A stretch of 64,000 nucleotides of DNA from Chiloscyllium plagiosum (Eukaryota): positions 16,717,394 to 16,781,393 of the forward strand of contig NC_057720.1 in assembly GCF_004010195.1 (NCBI RefSeq). The letters are read 5' to 3'. This document shows positions 26,020 through 39,089 of this stretch, in pieces. Under the pieces are notes generated by a model. The model saw only the letters and a program-made list of their open reading frames with translations, was not told the origin of the DNA and made no database searches. The position numbers and the translations under genes were made by a program. Each line of letters starts with the position of its first letter. Position 1 is the first letter of the stretch.

Positions 26020-29019
26020 AATGTGATGTATGATGTAAAGTGTGTGATTTATATATAAATATGATTTATATGAGGTTGGATTTTGAACTAGTGGCATATG
26101 AGTTTTGGTCTGTATGTATTTTACCTTGTTTTTGAAGAAAGGTTTTGAGCCATGGGCGATGAGCTGTCTGTTTGAAGCCAATAAGGTAAACAACTTTGAG
26201 ACCTTGGGTTTTTTTTAAGTTGGAACAGTAGAAGCAGCATGAATGAGTAGAGTCAGGCTTCCACGGAACTAGGGTTTTAGTCTGACTTTCAGTACTTGTT
26301 GGGGTTTTAAAGTTGGCTGTGGAGGTGGTTGCACCTCTCTGGGCCACATCAAAAAGCTGGAGTTGTCTCTCTCCACTGGAATTTTCTTTTGCTGTTCTTT
26401 CCGCCTGGACTGGAGAAACACTATATATGAGACAATCTCTTTTACTGAATTTGCCTTTGCCAAAGGAGTGTTTATGGGATGTTACTATACTGGAACAGTT
26501 GCTGTTTAGTAGTTAAGTAATGTATTATTCTGTTGAGTTTTCCAATAGAGTTAAGTTATACCAATTCTTTATTCTTTTGTTTGTATTTTAACTATAGGGT
26601 AAGTGTATTTTGCTTAAAGATTTCCAGAGGCCATTCCATTATGCAGTATCATGGCTAAAAGGATTGTAGAGGAATTACTCAAATTTTTCATTAGACACCC
26701 ACAGAGATACAATCAGATTAAGGGTCAAACTTTACATCAAAATTATTCACAGAAGTTATGGACAGCTTAGAAATAAAATAATTCAAAACTACTGCATACC
26801 ATCCAGAGTCATAGGGAGCGCTAGAAAGGTGCATCAGACATTAAAGACCATGTTGAGGGCTTATAGTCAAGACTATCCTGATGATTGGGATAAGGTAATT
26901 CTGCTTGTACTTTTTGCAATCAGAGATGCATCAAATAAATCGACTAAATTCAGTCTATTTGAATTAGTTTTTGGGCATGAAGTGAGAGGACCACTAAAAA
27001 TGATTAAGGAGAAATTGGTAAGTCATAATTTAGAGACCACATATTTGGACTATGTGTCAAATTTTAGAGAACAATTAAATAGAGTGGAGGAGTTGGCTAG
27101 ACAGCATCCAATGAAACAGGAAGCAGACAAAAAATCAAAAACTCACAATTTTCTTATTGGGGATAAAGTGTTAGTGTTACTTCCAGTGATTGGTGACCGT
27201 TTAAAAACAAGGTTTAGTGGACCTTATCAAGTCAAAAGGAAATTGAGTAGGGTGTACTATTTGGTAAGGACTCCAGACAGAAAGACATCTCACAGAGTGT
27301 GTCATGTCATAGGAGCAAAAGGTATTTTGACAGGGGAGGAAAGCAAGAGAAGAATGTGTCATTGGTTACAACACAGAGGGAAGAACCAAGTTCAGAGGAT
27401 TCTGAATTGGACATTCCTCAAATTAAATTGGACAATGAGGAAGTTGGCAAAAATTCGGATAAATTATTGAGTTACCTTCCAAAGAAAATCGAAATGACCT
27501 GAAAGTTATTACTTTAGCATGGGATGATGTTTGGAAATAAACTGGGAAGTACTAACCTAATTATGCATGATATAGATATAGGAGATGGTGTTCCGATTAA
27601 GCAACAAATTTCACGGTATAATCCTTGAAAGTTGGCGCAGGTTCAATAGGAGATTGAATGCATGCTCCAAGATTGCACCTTGGGCAGCATGGTGGCTCAG
27701 TGGTTAGCACTGCTGCCTCACAGTGCCAGGGACTCAGATTCGATTTCAGCCTCTGTGTGGAGTTTGCACATTCTTCCCATGTCTGCGTGGATTTCTTCCG
27801 GGTGCTCCGGTTTCCTCCCACAATCCAAAGATGTGCAAGTTGGGTGAATTTGCCATGCTAAATTGCCCATAGTCATCAGTGATATGTGGGTTAGATGCAA
27901 TAATCAGAGGTAAAATGTAGAGTAATGGGGTAGGGGAATGGGTCTGGGTGGGTTGCTCTTCAGAGAGTCGGTGTGGACTTGTTGGGCCAAAGGGCCTCTT
28001 TCCACACTGTAGGAAATCTGTAGGGATTATATAATCAAATTGAGTTACAGTGACTGGAGCTCACCTATTGTAATGGTGCCAAAACCAGATGGTACCCAAT
28101 GGTTACGTGTGGACTATTGCAAAGTCAATGTAGTTACAAAGACTGATGCATATCCAATTCCGCATTTGGAAGTCTATTGAAAAGGTGCGACAAGCAACTT
28201 ATATTTCTGAGTTGAACTTGCTCAGAGGATACTGGCAGGTATCTTTGTCTGAAAGAGCAAAGACAATTTTGGCTTTCGTAATGCCAAATGGACTATATCA
28301 ATTTAAACTCATGCTATTTGGTATGAAGAATGTACCAGCCACATTTCAGAGACTAACCAATAAGGTCATTGCTGGATTTTCCAATTGTGTCGTATATATT
28401 GATATGCTGATGATTTTTAGTCACACATGGAATGAACATTTGCAACATATATCAGATTTGTTCAATTGACTTCAGGAGATAGGTTTAGTGATAAACCTGG
28501 CGAAAACTGAATTTGCCAAAGCCCGTGATCTTCCTGGGCCATGTTATTGGACATGGACAAATCGTCCCACGGAATGCAAAAACAAAGGTCATTATGGACT
28601 TTCTCATACCATCGACAAAAAGAGCAGTACTATGATTCCTGGGATTGAGTGGATTTTATTGAAAATATGTACCAATTTTTAGCAGTGTGGCTGCTTCACT
28701 CACTGAATTAGGGTCCAGGCTACTTTCCCGAAATGTTTTGAGGGGGTGTGGATTGCGTTGCTTACATTGGAATAGATGGGATTTTACTGTATGTTTCAAA
28801 ATCTTTCAAATTGTGTTACAGCTTGCTTTATTCTATGTTATGATCTTTTCATTTGTGTAATAAACTTCTGTTTTGTTGTTAAAACCAGGTGTGCAACATT
28901 GTGTGCTTCTGTTTCAGTGTTTCACTTTGTTAAATTTCAAAACGTATATGATTTATCAAGCCAGATTTCAGTCTGGGAGTCTGACTAGTCTCGTAATTAC
29001 ATCAGCTGGGATCATAACA
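26020..29019 (+). mobile_element. Internally deleted Gmr1-like Gypsy element (LTR-like piece, integrase, RT, LTR end CATAACA); 5' boundary uncertain
   Basis: ORF 26829..27470 integrase C-term with GPY motif precedes RT ORF 28146..28469; related to the 57849-62925 element. Confidence 0.8.
27682..28030 (+). mobile_element. HE1-type SINE inserted in Gypsy pol
   Basis: gggcagcatggtggctcagtggttagc head. Confidence 0.88.
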
Positions 29020-29197
29020 GATTCTACATTTTCTATCTTGCACACTGTAGATGAGTAAAACGAATGTGTCTTTCTCTGCATCGTAATTTATACAATTGAA
29101 GATGTAATAATCCTGAATTTTTAAAAAAAATGACTTTTCTTTGGTTTAAATAATTTTCTAAATTTATTCATGCGTCCAATGTTTTTAATTTCAACAG

Positions 29198-29241
29198 GTT
29201 GCAAAAATATACAAACTCAATAAAGGATTCAAAGCTTAGAG
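29198..29241 (+). CDS. HFM1: HFM1 small exon (LQKYTNSIKDSKLR)
   Basis: CAG/GTAAG; phases 2 and 1 match neighbours. Confidence 0.93.
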
Positions 29242-29337
29242 GTAAGATGTTTATATTTTGAATGGTTGAGTCAAATAAATTATATATATTTTAAAAAATC
29301 AATAATTTCAAGTGAAATTTTGCATGAATTTTAATAG

Positions 29338-29439
29338 ATCTGTTAATATATGGAGTTGGTTATCATCATGCTGGTATGGATGTATCCGATAGAAAAGCGA
29401 CTGAAGCTGCTTTCACTGCAGGAGATGTACCAGTACTTT
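29338..29439 (+). CDS. HFM1: HFM1 exon (DLLIYGVGYHHAGMDVSDRKATEAAFTAGDVPVL)
   Basis: YHHAG motif; TAG/GTAAG. Confidence 0.97.
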
Positions 29440-30721
29440 GTAAGTTATATTTCTGTCATCTTTAGGCTTTCATGTTGTTTTCTTTGTTCAACCAGGTTAA
29501 ACTGATTTCATATTTTATGGTTTTTACATTATCTCAGTTTCAGACCAACGATTACCAATGAAGCAAGGAAATAATCATCATGTTCACAATGATATGGACC
29601 TTTATGTGGCCAATATCTTGGACAGTGATAGCAAGACCCAAAGATTGCAACAGAGATTCTTACTCTGCGCACCATCTGCCAAAATATGTCATTTGCTGCC
29701 ATGTGACTTTCTACTGTTCAAAAACTATACACGACACTGAATACACACTATCAGGCAAATATTTAGGTTTCATAAGTAGTTTACATGAATGGATCAGATA
29801 AATGAGTACTATATAGCGCAACCCAATGTCCTAAAATTCAATGTCCTACAAATGTCCAACGCTTAATTATGATGGATTGTTTCTAAGGTGTTTGGGCAGA
29901 CTAACATAGCCATTAGGACCATGCATATGCTCATGAAAAGTTCAACAAATTTTGTTCAGTCTTTCATGGTAATTGGATTTCCTTCAATAGAACGGAAGTT
30001 TGGCCTGTTCCACACTAGTTTCCCAGATGTGTTGTGGTCCAGCTACCAGTAGCCATCAATCATCAAGTTAATTTTATTGCAAATACACAAAACAGTTGAC
30101 AATTGTGGATTGTTCCCTTCTCTGTTCTTTCCCCATCCAGGAACTTGGGCAAGACTGCCAATGATTCAGGAAGCCGAAAAAATCTGCAATTGAGCAAGTT
30201 GCCTGTGGAAAATGTACAGGTGCAACCAGGACCAGGAATAGAAATCAGGGGCGCCAGTGTTGCTTCTGGATTGGACTCCAGGTTCCCAACCGAAGCACAG
30301 CAGCCCCAGTCCCAACCTGAGCATAGCAGACCCTGGTTAATGGCACCTGATGTACCCCCCCACCCCCCCCACTGTTTTGGGCACAACACCATTTGGTAGC
30401 ACACCATATGTATTTAGGTGACGTCCAAGATACAATTACATTTGAATTTTGATGGTTTGGTTGAATATTAAACAAGGCACTCTCAGGCTTGTGGCTGCAT
30501 TCTTTTTGTATCTCTGCTTTCCAATGTGAGCACCAGTCACACCGATGGTTTGTGCCATGAATGCTCTTATTGGCCCAGGACATCACAATTAGCAGCAAGC
30601 GCTCTGATCCAGCTCTGAGATAGGGGTGTTAGGTGAATCAGAGCTGCTGTCTCCACCAAAATAGTTTCAATTAGTTTTGAAGCACTGACTGACAATGTTT
30701 TTCAATAATATTTTGTTACAG

Positions 30722-30867
30722 TTACTACTAGCACTTTGGCTATGGGAGTAAATTTACCAGCCCATTTAGTGGTAATTAAATCGACAGTGCATTACGCAGG
30801 AGGAATGTTTCAAGAATACAGTGAAACGGATATACTTCAAATGATGGGCCGAGCTGGTCGACCTCAG
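30722..30867 (+). CDS. HFM1: HFM1 exon, motifs V-VI ([21 protein letters not shown]...[10 protein letters not shown])
   Basis: Canonical Ski2-like motifs V and VI; CAG/GT. Confidence 0.98.
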
Positions 30868-31281
30868 GTAGACAATAGAAAATGATAGAAGTGATGTAAC
30901 AAATGTGATATGCACTTCGTTGATCTATGCTGGGGCAACAACATAAATGTAGATCACTTGGATGAAAGAGTAGATAGTTTTTTGTCCAAGTTTGCAGACA
31001 ACAAAATTAAATGAATGAGAGGAGGAAGTTATAAAGTATTATAGACAGATAGGAATTTCAGTAGGGAAAGGTTGTAATTATCTAATTTGGACTTCGGAAG
31101 TGAAAAATATTCTATATATTTTTAATGGGAGCAACTAAAGCTATGGTGAAGCAAATGAATTTCTGATCCAAATAAATCAATCACTTACAGCTAATATAAC
31201 ATACAAACTGCAAAGAAAAAAGCTAATGTTAGCCTTTACCTCCAAGAGGTTAGAATTCAAATTTAAGGAATTACTTAAGAA

Positions 31282-34200
31282 TGTATTTGGGGGGAGCAAA
31301 AAGACAAGTAGTTGATATAGGGGATTCTATAATTAGGGGGACAGATAGTATCCTATGCAAGCGGGATCGGGAGTCCCGCATGGTGTCTTACCTGCCCAGT
31401 GCCAGGGTTCAGGATATCTCCGACCGGCTTGAAAGGATATTGAAGCGGAAGGGGGCGGATCCAATTGTTGTGGTCCACATTGGAACTAACAACATAGGCA
31501 AAGCTCGGGTGGAGGAACTGTTTGAACTACAGGTCCTCAAGGGTCATTATCTCCGGATTACTGCCCATGCCATGTGCCAATTGGCATAGGGATAAGAAAG
31601 TTAGGGAAGTAAACACATGGCTAAGGGATTGGTGTGGGAAGGAGGGATTCCATTTCATGGGGCATTGGCATCAGTTTTGGAACCGAGGGATCTGTACTGT
31701 TGGGACGGTCTCCAAGTGAACCAATCTGGAACCAGTGTTCTAGCGAAAAGGATAAATAGGGTAGTCAGTAGGACTTTAAATTTCTGAGTCGGTGGGGGGA
31801 AGGGAAAGCAAAAGCGACAGGGAGTATGGAGTTAAATAGAAAGATAAGCAGCAGGATAGCATGTGTGCAGGTGGGTTTAAGCTCGAGGCAGACTCGGAAT
31901 GCAGCAAAAAGGAAGGATAACTTAGGACATCTTATGATTTCCAATATCTTTAATTATGATAAGAAAGTTAGCATTAAGGCACTTTACCTGAATGCTCGTA
32001 ATATTCATAACGAAGTAGATGAATTAACGGTACAAATTATCATGAATGATTATGATACGGTAGGTATCACAGCGACGTGCTTGCAGGGGTTTCAGGACTG
32101 GCAGTTAAACATCCAAGGATTTACAACTTATTGAAAAGACAGGGAGGTGGGCAGAGAGGGTGGGGTTGCCTTGTTAGTTAAGAATGAAATTAAATCTATG
32201 GCACTGAATGCAATAGGATCAGATGATGTGAAGTCTGTGTGGGTGGAGTTGAGGAACCACAAAGGCAAAAAACAACCATAAGGGGAGTTACGTACAGACC
32301 TCCCGGCAGTGGTCAGGACCAGGGGTGCAAGTTGTACCAGGAAATAGATAGGGCATGTCAGAAAGGCAAGGTCACGGTGATCATGGGGGCTTCAATATGC
32401 AAATGGACTGGGTGAATAATGTTGCCGGTGGATCCAAAGAAATGGAATTCATAGAATGCTTACAGGATAGCTTTTTGGAACAGCTTGTGATGGAGCCCAC
32501 AAGAGAGCAGGCTATTCTACAGTTAGGGCGATGTAATGAGCCAGACTAGAAAAGAACTTAAAATAAGGCAACACTCAGGAGGCAGCGATCATAATATGGT
32601 AGAATTCAGTCTGCAGTTTGAAAGAAAGAAGGCAAAATCAGATGTAATAGTGTTACAGTTAAATAAAGGTAATTACATGAGAGAGGAACTGACGAAAATT
32701 GACTGGAAGCAGAGCCTAGCGGGAAGGCAGTCGAGCAACAATGGCAGTAGTGTCTGGGTGTAATTGACGACAGTACAGCGGTTCATCCCAAAGAAAAGAA
32801 AGATTATCCAGGGGGGTGGTGGGATGTGTTGGGAAAAAGGAAGGAGAGGATCAAATATGAAGGTAAGCTAGCCAGTAATATTAGAAAGGATAGTAAAAGT
32901 TTCTTTCAATATACAAGAAACAAGCAAAAGGCAAAAGTAGACATTGGGCCGCTCCAAATTGATGGGAGATAAAGAAATAGCTGAAGAACTTAATAAATAC
33001 TGTGTGTCAGTCAGCACAGTGGAAAACATGAGTAATCTCCCAACAATTAAAGGAGAGTCAAGGGGCAGAGTGGCGTATGGTAGCCGTTACAAAAGAGAAA
33101 GTGCTAGAAAAGCTAAAATGTCTAAAAATTGATAAATCTCCTGTCCCCAATGGGCTACATCCTCAAGTTCTGTGGGAGGTGGCTTAGGAAAGAGTGGAGG
33201 CGCTGGGTGTGATCTTTCAAAAGTCACTGGTGTCAGGGAAAGTCCCAGATGATTGGAAAATCACTGTTGTAACCCCCTTGTTCAAAAAAGGATCAAGAAA
33301 AAGATGGAAAATTATAGGCCAATTAACCTAACCTCGGTTGTTGGCAAAATTCTAGAATCCATCATTACGGATGAGATTTCTACATTTTTGCAAGTGCAGG
33401 GTTGGATTAGAACAAGTTAGCATGGATTTAGCAAAGGGAGGTCGTGCCTGACAAACCTGTTAGAATTCTTTGAAGAGGTAACAAGTAGGTTAGACCAGGG
33501 AAACCCAGTGGATGTTATCTACCTCGACTTCCAAAAGGCTTTGATGAGGTGCCTCACGGGAAACTGCTGAGTAAGGTGAGGGCCCATGGTTTTCGAGGTG
33601 AGCTCCTGGCATGGATTGAGAATTGACTGTCCGACAGAAGGCAGAGATTTAGGATAAAAGGTTCTTTTACGGAATAGTAGCTGGTGACAAGTGGTGTCAC
33701 GGAGGGTTCAGTGTTGGGTCCGCAGCTGTTCACTTTATATATTAATGATCTGGATGAAGGGACTGGGGGCATTCTGGCGAAGTTTGCTGATGATACGAAG
33801 TTAGGTGGACAGGCAGGTAGGACTGAGGAGGTGGGGAGGCTACAGAAAGATTTAGACAGTTTAGGAGAGTGGTCCAGAAAATGATTGATGAAATTCAATG
33901 CGAGCAAATGTGAGATCTTGCACTTTGGAAAAAAGAATACAAGCATGGACTATTTTCTAAACGGTGAGAAATTCATAAAGCCAAAGTACAAAGGGATTTG
34001 AGAGTGCTAGTCCAGGATTCTCTGAAGATTAACTTGCAGGGTGAGTCCGTGATTAAGAAAACAAATGTAATGTTGTCATTTATCTCAAGAGGGTTGGAAT
34101 ACAAAAGCAGCAATGTGCTTCTGAGACTCTATAAAGCTCCAGTTAGGCCCCATTTGGAATACTGTGTCCAACTTTGGGCCGCACACCTCAGGAAGGACAT

Positions 34201-34285
34201 ACTGGCACTGGAGTGTGTCCAGCGCAGATTCACACGGATGATCCCTGGAATGGTAGGCCTTACATAAAATGAACGGCTGAGGATT
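31282..34285 (+). mobile_element. Long CR1 LINE (ORF1 SGNH esterase + ORF2), many stops, 3' end missing
   Basis: GDSIIRG and HIGTNNIG ORF1 motifs; LYLNARNI endonuclease start; QLFTLYINDL...FADDTK. Confidence 0.92.
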
Positions 34286-35592
34286 AAAATGTTTAATTTC
34301 AAAATGACCATGTGATAGTCTACTGGTCTGATATATCCTGCACCACAGACTATTCAGACATTGATCCAGAAAATTTCAATATACCTATTCCCAGTTATAA
34401 ATGACATTGAATGAAATGGAAGTCATTATTGAGTGTATTGGGGTATGAGCGTGAAAGTGGGAAAGACAAGGACTGATAAAGACTGTCAACCATCTGGATT
34501 AAATGAGAGTCTTCTGGAATTGAGAGTGGATCTGCCTTGCACTATGACCAGCAGTCCTGAATGAAATTACATTTGACTGATGATTCATGCCTGCACATTT
34601 CCTGAACCCCATTTTGCACATCTATTGATAGATTAAATTTAAAAACCATAATAGAGGCTCACAAATTAGTCCCCAAACTATTTTGTTTTGAGTCTTTATT
34701 TTTCATTCCTCAACTTCTGTAACCTCAAGACCTGTTCTTAGCTGATCTGCCAAAAGACAGTATTGATGTAATGTCATTGAAAAATTATTGTTATACTTAT
34801 GTTTTACACTGATAGCAATCCAGTCTGATTCAAGAGGATTTGGCAAAACTGTTTGTACAGTGCTGTTAGCTTACTGGGCAGTCAGAGCAGTTCAATTGCA
34901 ATTCTGCTTTCTGAGAAACTACATGTTGTTCTTCAGCTTATATTCAACTCTGCCTGTGTTGAATTATGAATTTGGTAATGACGGCTCCAGATAACATGCT
35001 TTGAATCAATTTGATCTGCCTTATATTGAAACATATTGATCCTTCTTAAGCATCCAAAAAGTGCTTTTTATTTTATATGGAAAGTTAATTCTGACAGAGG
35101 AAATATTTGAGGAAATGATACTGAGGCACAATGAAACATTTTGTGAAACTCTCATACTGCTGCTTTTTTAGAAACAACTATGGAAGAGTCACAGTGCAAA
35201 GATTTACTGAAATACTAGTGCTCATGGAGAAGGTGACCCAAAATTTGAATATATAGTAAATCTTGTGAATCCTACAGAAGATTTTAAAATAATTTACAGT
35301 TCTAGTCATGTCAAATGTTACATCAGTTATTTCATGATCAGGATCACATAAACAAATCTTCAGTTATACTTCCAACAAAAGTTTCGACTCTTGGATTGGC
35401 TAGAATCTCCCTGTTAATACCTAATAACCCCAACCAAGAAAGCTGGGCTGAAATCATGGCAGAGTTAAGACAATGGGTAGTACATATGTCCTATTGAGGT
35501 GAGATTAGGACAATGTAGGCCTATACAACATACAATATGTATGAATGTAAAAGCATGTTCTAAATTCTTTAATATTTTGTAATTTCTTTTAG

Positions 35593-35687
35593 TTTGACAC
35601 AACAGCCACAGTAGTTATCATGACAAGGACCCAAACTAAGGACAAGTACACACAGATGTTAGATGGAGTACATACCATTGAGAGCAG
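35593..35687 (+). CDS. HFM1: HFM1 exon (FDTTATVVIMTRTQTKDKYTQMLDGVHTIES)
   Basis: TAG/GT; continues GRAGRPQ|FDT. Confidence 0.96.
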
Positions 35688-36163
35688 GTATTCTAAGAGG
35701 ATGAATTTAAATTGTATATGCAGAAAGCATGCAGGCACAGTTTTAAGTACAGTGCTACTATTGTTTGAACACACTTCTCTGTGGTTCACACATGTACAGA
35801 TTTTAGGCGGATGAATGACTGCAGGGTTCATCTATCGATGTTATGTAGAGTTCAACTTTTTTTGGGTTACAATGACGAGGAGTTTGCACAATATGTATAT
35901 GAAGGCAAGTAGAGAATGAAAAGCTGAAAATGTTTTCTTTTGATTTGGATTCTTCAAATGCTGTTTACTCAGACTGTCAGATGTAAATGCATTCCTCAAA
36001 AGATTTCACTTGGTGATAATTGTAATCATTGAGCTATTCATGCTTTGCTTTCAGCTGTACTGAGTTATAACATAGCAGTGCCAACAAACTAAGCAAGCCA
36101 ATCATCAGAAACAAGTAATAATCAGAATTAAGCACACACATAAGCTAACTGACTAACTAAATG

Positions 36164-36257
36164 GTCAGTCCCGAAGAAGGGTTACAGTCCCAAAATGTTA
36201 ACTTCTCCACCTCCTGATGCTGCCTGGCTTGTTGTGTTCTTCCAAACTCCTGCTTGT
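36164..36257 (+). mobile_element. Short element (family C) with degenerate hammerhead core
   Basis: ccgaagaagggttacagtcccaaaatgttaac; TSD CTAACTAAATG at 36153-36163 and 36258-36268. Confidence 0.7.
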
Positions 36258-36903
36258 CTAACTAAATGATATGCCACTTACATTGCTGATAGGAAATGAT
36301 TCATTGCATCAAAATAAATAAAGAAGCCTCAATGAACTGATTTGATATAAGTATAGTGGTAGCTTAGGGTGCCTCACTTGTGGCTCCTGATTCATGCATA
36401 AAAGGATTATCTTGTGGTTAACACTATTCTTAAAATAAACAACCTTGTATAAAGTATTTAGTTTTTAAACTGAAGTTATAGGGATCACAATGATTATGTT
36501 TAGCATATAAATAAGTAGATGGTCATCATTAGGACTGAAACTGTCCTGCAGATGAAACTGTTGATAAAGTTGGAAGAAAAATGACAAAGGGGATCAAGAA
36601 GCCTGGGTTCAAATAATAACATCTCTGAACAAATTGAATAGAAAAATACATTAAATAAAAACGTTTTTAAAAATGTTTAAAAATGACAATAGAGGGTTGT
36701 AATGGGACAGTGGTAGGTTCCTACTTCTGAACCAGGAGGTTCAGGCTCAAGTCTCATCTTGTCTAGAGGTATGTAATTACATCTCTGAGCAGGTTGGTGA
36801 GGAAAATACCGAAAAAGCAATGAATCTATTTTTTTTGAAAGAATGTTGCAGACTCTGAACTGTAAGCCTCCTTCCAGAATGCTATCAAATCAATCTAAAC
36901 ATA

Positions 36904-37112
36904 TAAAAACAAAAAGAACTGCTATAAATCAGAAAAAAAAACAGAAGTTGTTGGAAATGCTCAGCAGGTCTGGCAGCAACTATGAAGAGAAATCAGAGTT
37001 AACGTTTCAGGTCCGATGACTCTTCCTCAGAATAGAATCTAAGCAGGCCTGGCAGCAACTGTAAAGAGAAATCAGAGTTAACGCTTCGGGTCCGCTGATT
37101 CAACCCCAGAAT
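36904..37112 (-). mobile_element. Family B element with tandemly duplicated hammerhead-bearing end
   Basis: Two copies of gcagg..tggcagcaact...cagagttaacg.ttc.ggtccg.tga...cagaat.gaatctaagca. Confidence 0.7.
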
Positions 37113-37484
37113 GGAATCTAAGCATATGCTTTTTCAACAGCTCCAAAAGTCATTTTAAAATTTTAACCACCCTGCACCTGACTTTCCTGCCATCTTGGTG
37201 AAGGGAAGGAGGTTAATATCAGCTCATTGTGACATCAGCATTTGTCATGAAAGCTATCAAAATTATTTTAAAGGAATGAAAACGAATATACTTCTTTCCT
37301 GAATCTACCTACTAGCCATAATTTTTTAAAATTCACTCATGGAAATTGGGCATCTCAGGCTGGACCAGCATTTAATGCCCATCCCTAATTGCCCAGAGGG
37401 CAGTTGAGAGGTAACTAACTGCATTGCTGTGGGTCTGGAGTCACATGTAGTCCAGATCAGGTAAGGATGTCAGATAAGGCTCAG

Positions 37485-37715
37485 GTCTCTCACAGCAGCA
37501 GGGACCTGGGTTCAATTCCACCTCAGGTGATTGTCTGTGTGGAGTTTGCACATTCTCCCTGTGTCTGCATGAGTTTCCCCCTGATGCTCCAGTTTCCTCC
37601 CACTGTCTAAAGGTGTGAAGGTTAGGTGTTTTGGTCATACTAAATTGCCCACTGTGTCCAGGGATGTACAGGCTTGGTGGATTAGCTATGGGAAATGCAG
37701 GTTACAGTGATAGAA
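37485..37715 (+). mobile_element. HE1-type SINE fragment
   Basis: gggttcaattcc B box and core. Confidence 0.75.
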
Positions 37716-38204
37716 TATGTTATTAATGTTTTCTTCACGTAGATGAAGGTAGACTATATGGAGGTCAATGATACACTACACAATGTTACCAAAGGCACAA
37801 ATTAGCCTTTGACTTGTTTTGGATTTACATCTATTATTCTATGATTCTGTAATGGAGGTATTAGGGATCTTGTCTGCTGATGAAGAGCGAGCAAGAGACC
37901 TGTGCAAGAAGGGTCCCAGTACGCCTAAGTGTGGACAACAAACCTTTTACACAAGTTAAAGCCCTAGGGACAGAAATCACAGCTACTTATATATATGACA
38001 AATTTGAGGCCATCAGCTCTCTTAAATGGCAAGCACCTGGGGAGGCTGTGGCTGTTGCCAACACTGCTAGGGGTTACAGGGAGAGGGTTTGGAGATGAGC
38101 AGTAAGGGCTGGTGTTTGGCTATAATTCCCAATGTTGTGTCCCTCCACCAGGCAGTGAGTGCCCTTAAACAAAGGATACCCCACCCCCTACCATGAGACT
38201 ATCT

Positions 38205-38622
38205 AACCACTGTCCTTTGGCATTCACTGTTGTGACTATCACTGAATCCCACACTATCAATATTCTGGACCAGAAACTCAACTGAACTGGCATATAAATA
38301 CAGTGGCTGCAAGAGCAAGTCAGAGGCTAAGAATCCAGCAACAAATAACTCATCTCCTGACTTCTAAAAGCCTGTTCACCATCTACAAGTCAGAAGTGTG
38401 ATGGAATACTCCCCACCTGCTTAGATGAGTGAGCTCCAAAGACACTCAAGAAGCTTGACACTATCCAGGACAAAGCAACCCACTTTGTGGTATAACCACA
38501 AAGATGCACTCCCTCCACCAATGATGCTCAGTAGCAGCAGTGTGTACTATTTAGAAGATGCACTGCAGAAAGTCACTAAGGCTCCTTAGACTGCATCTTC
38601 CAAACCCATTATCACTTCCACC
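38205..38622 (+). mobile_element. Old CR1/L2-clade LINE 3' fragment
   Basis: Remnant of YKAQVRSVMEYSP-type ORF2 C-terminus. Confidence 0.65.
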
Positions 38623-38625
38623 TAT

Positions 38626-38755
38626 GACAACCACCTGATGAAAGAGCAGCACTCCGAAACCTAGTGCTTCTGATTAAACCTGTTGGACTATAACCTGGTG
38701 TTGTGTGATTTTTAACTTTGTACACCCCAGTCTAACACCAGCATCTCTAAATCAG
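38626..38755 (+). mobile_element. Family D element with hammerhead motif
   Basis: CAC-CTGATGA-A-AGAG-CAGCA-CTCC-GAAACCTA-GTG at about 38632-38667. Confidence 0.78.
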
Positions 38756-39089
38756 AAATTTAAAGGTCGCCGCCAGAGGGTTTGCAGGCAAAGACACCTG
38801 TAAAATTCCCTCGGTGACTTTCCCACTACCTTGGGCATGGACATCCCTTTTCTCTGTTTAGCAGAGGCCTAGTACTTCTGCCCCTCCCTCTTAGAAGTCC
38901 AGTTATGACCACTTAAAGGCTGCTTTTTACCTGTCTTCAATTTTGAGACCAATGCTTTGAGTACAGGAGTGTGTGTGTATTACGAATGTCCCTGAAGGAA
39001 GGAAACTGTTGTCTTTACCTGGTCTGTCCTATATGTGACTTCAGATGCACAACAATGTGGTTGACTTTTAGCTGCCCTCTCGTAACTAG

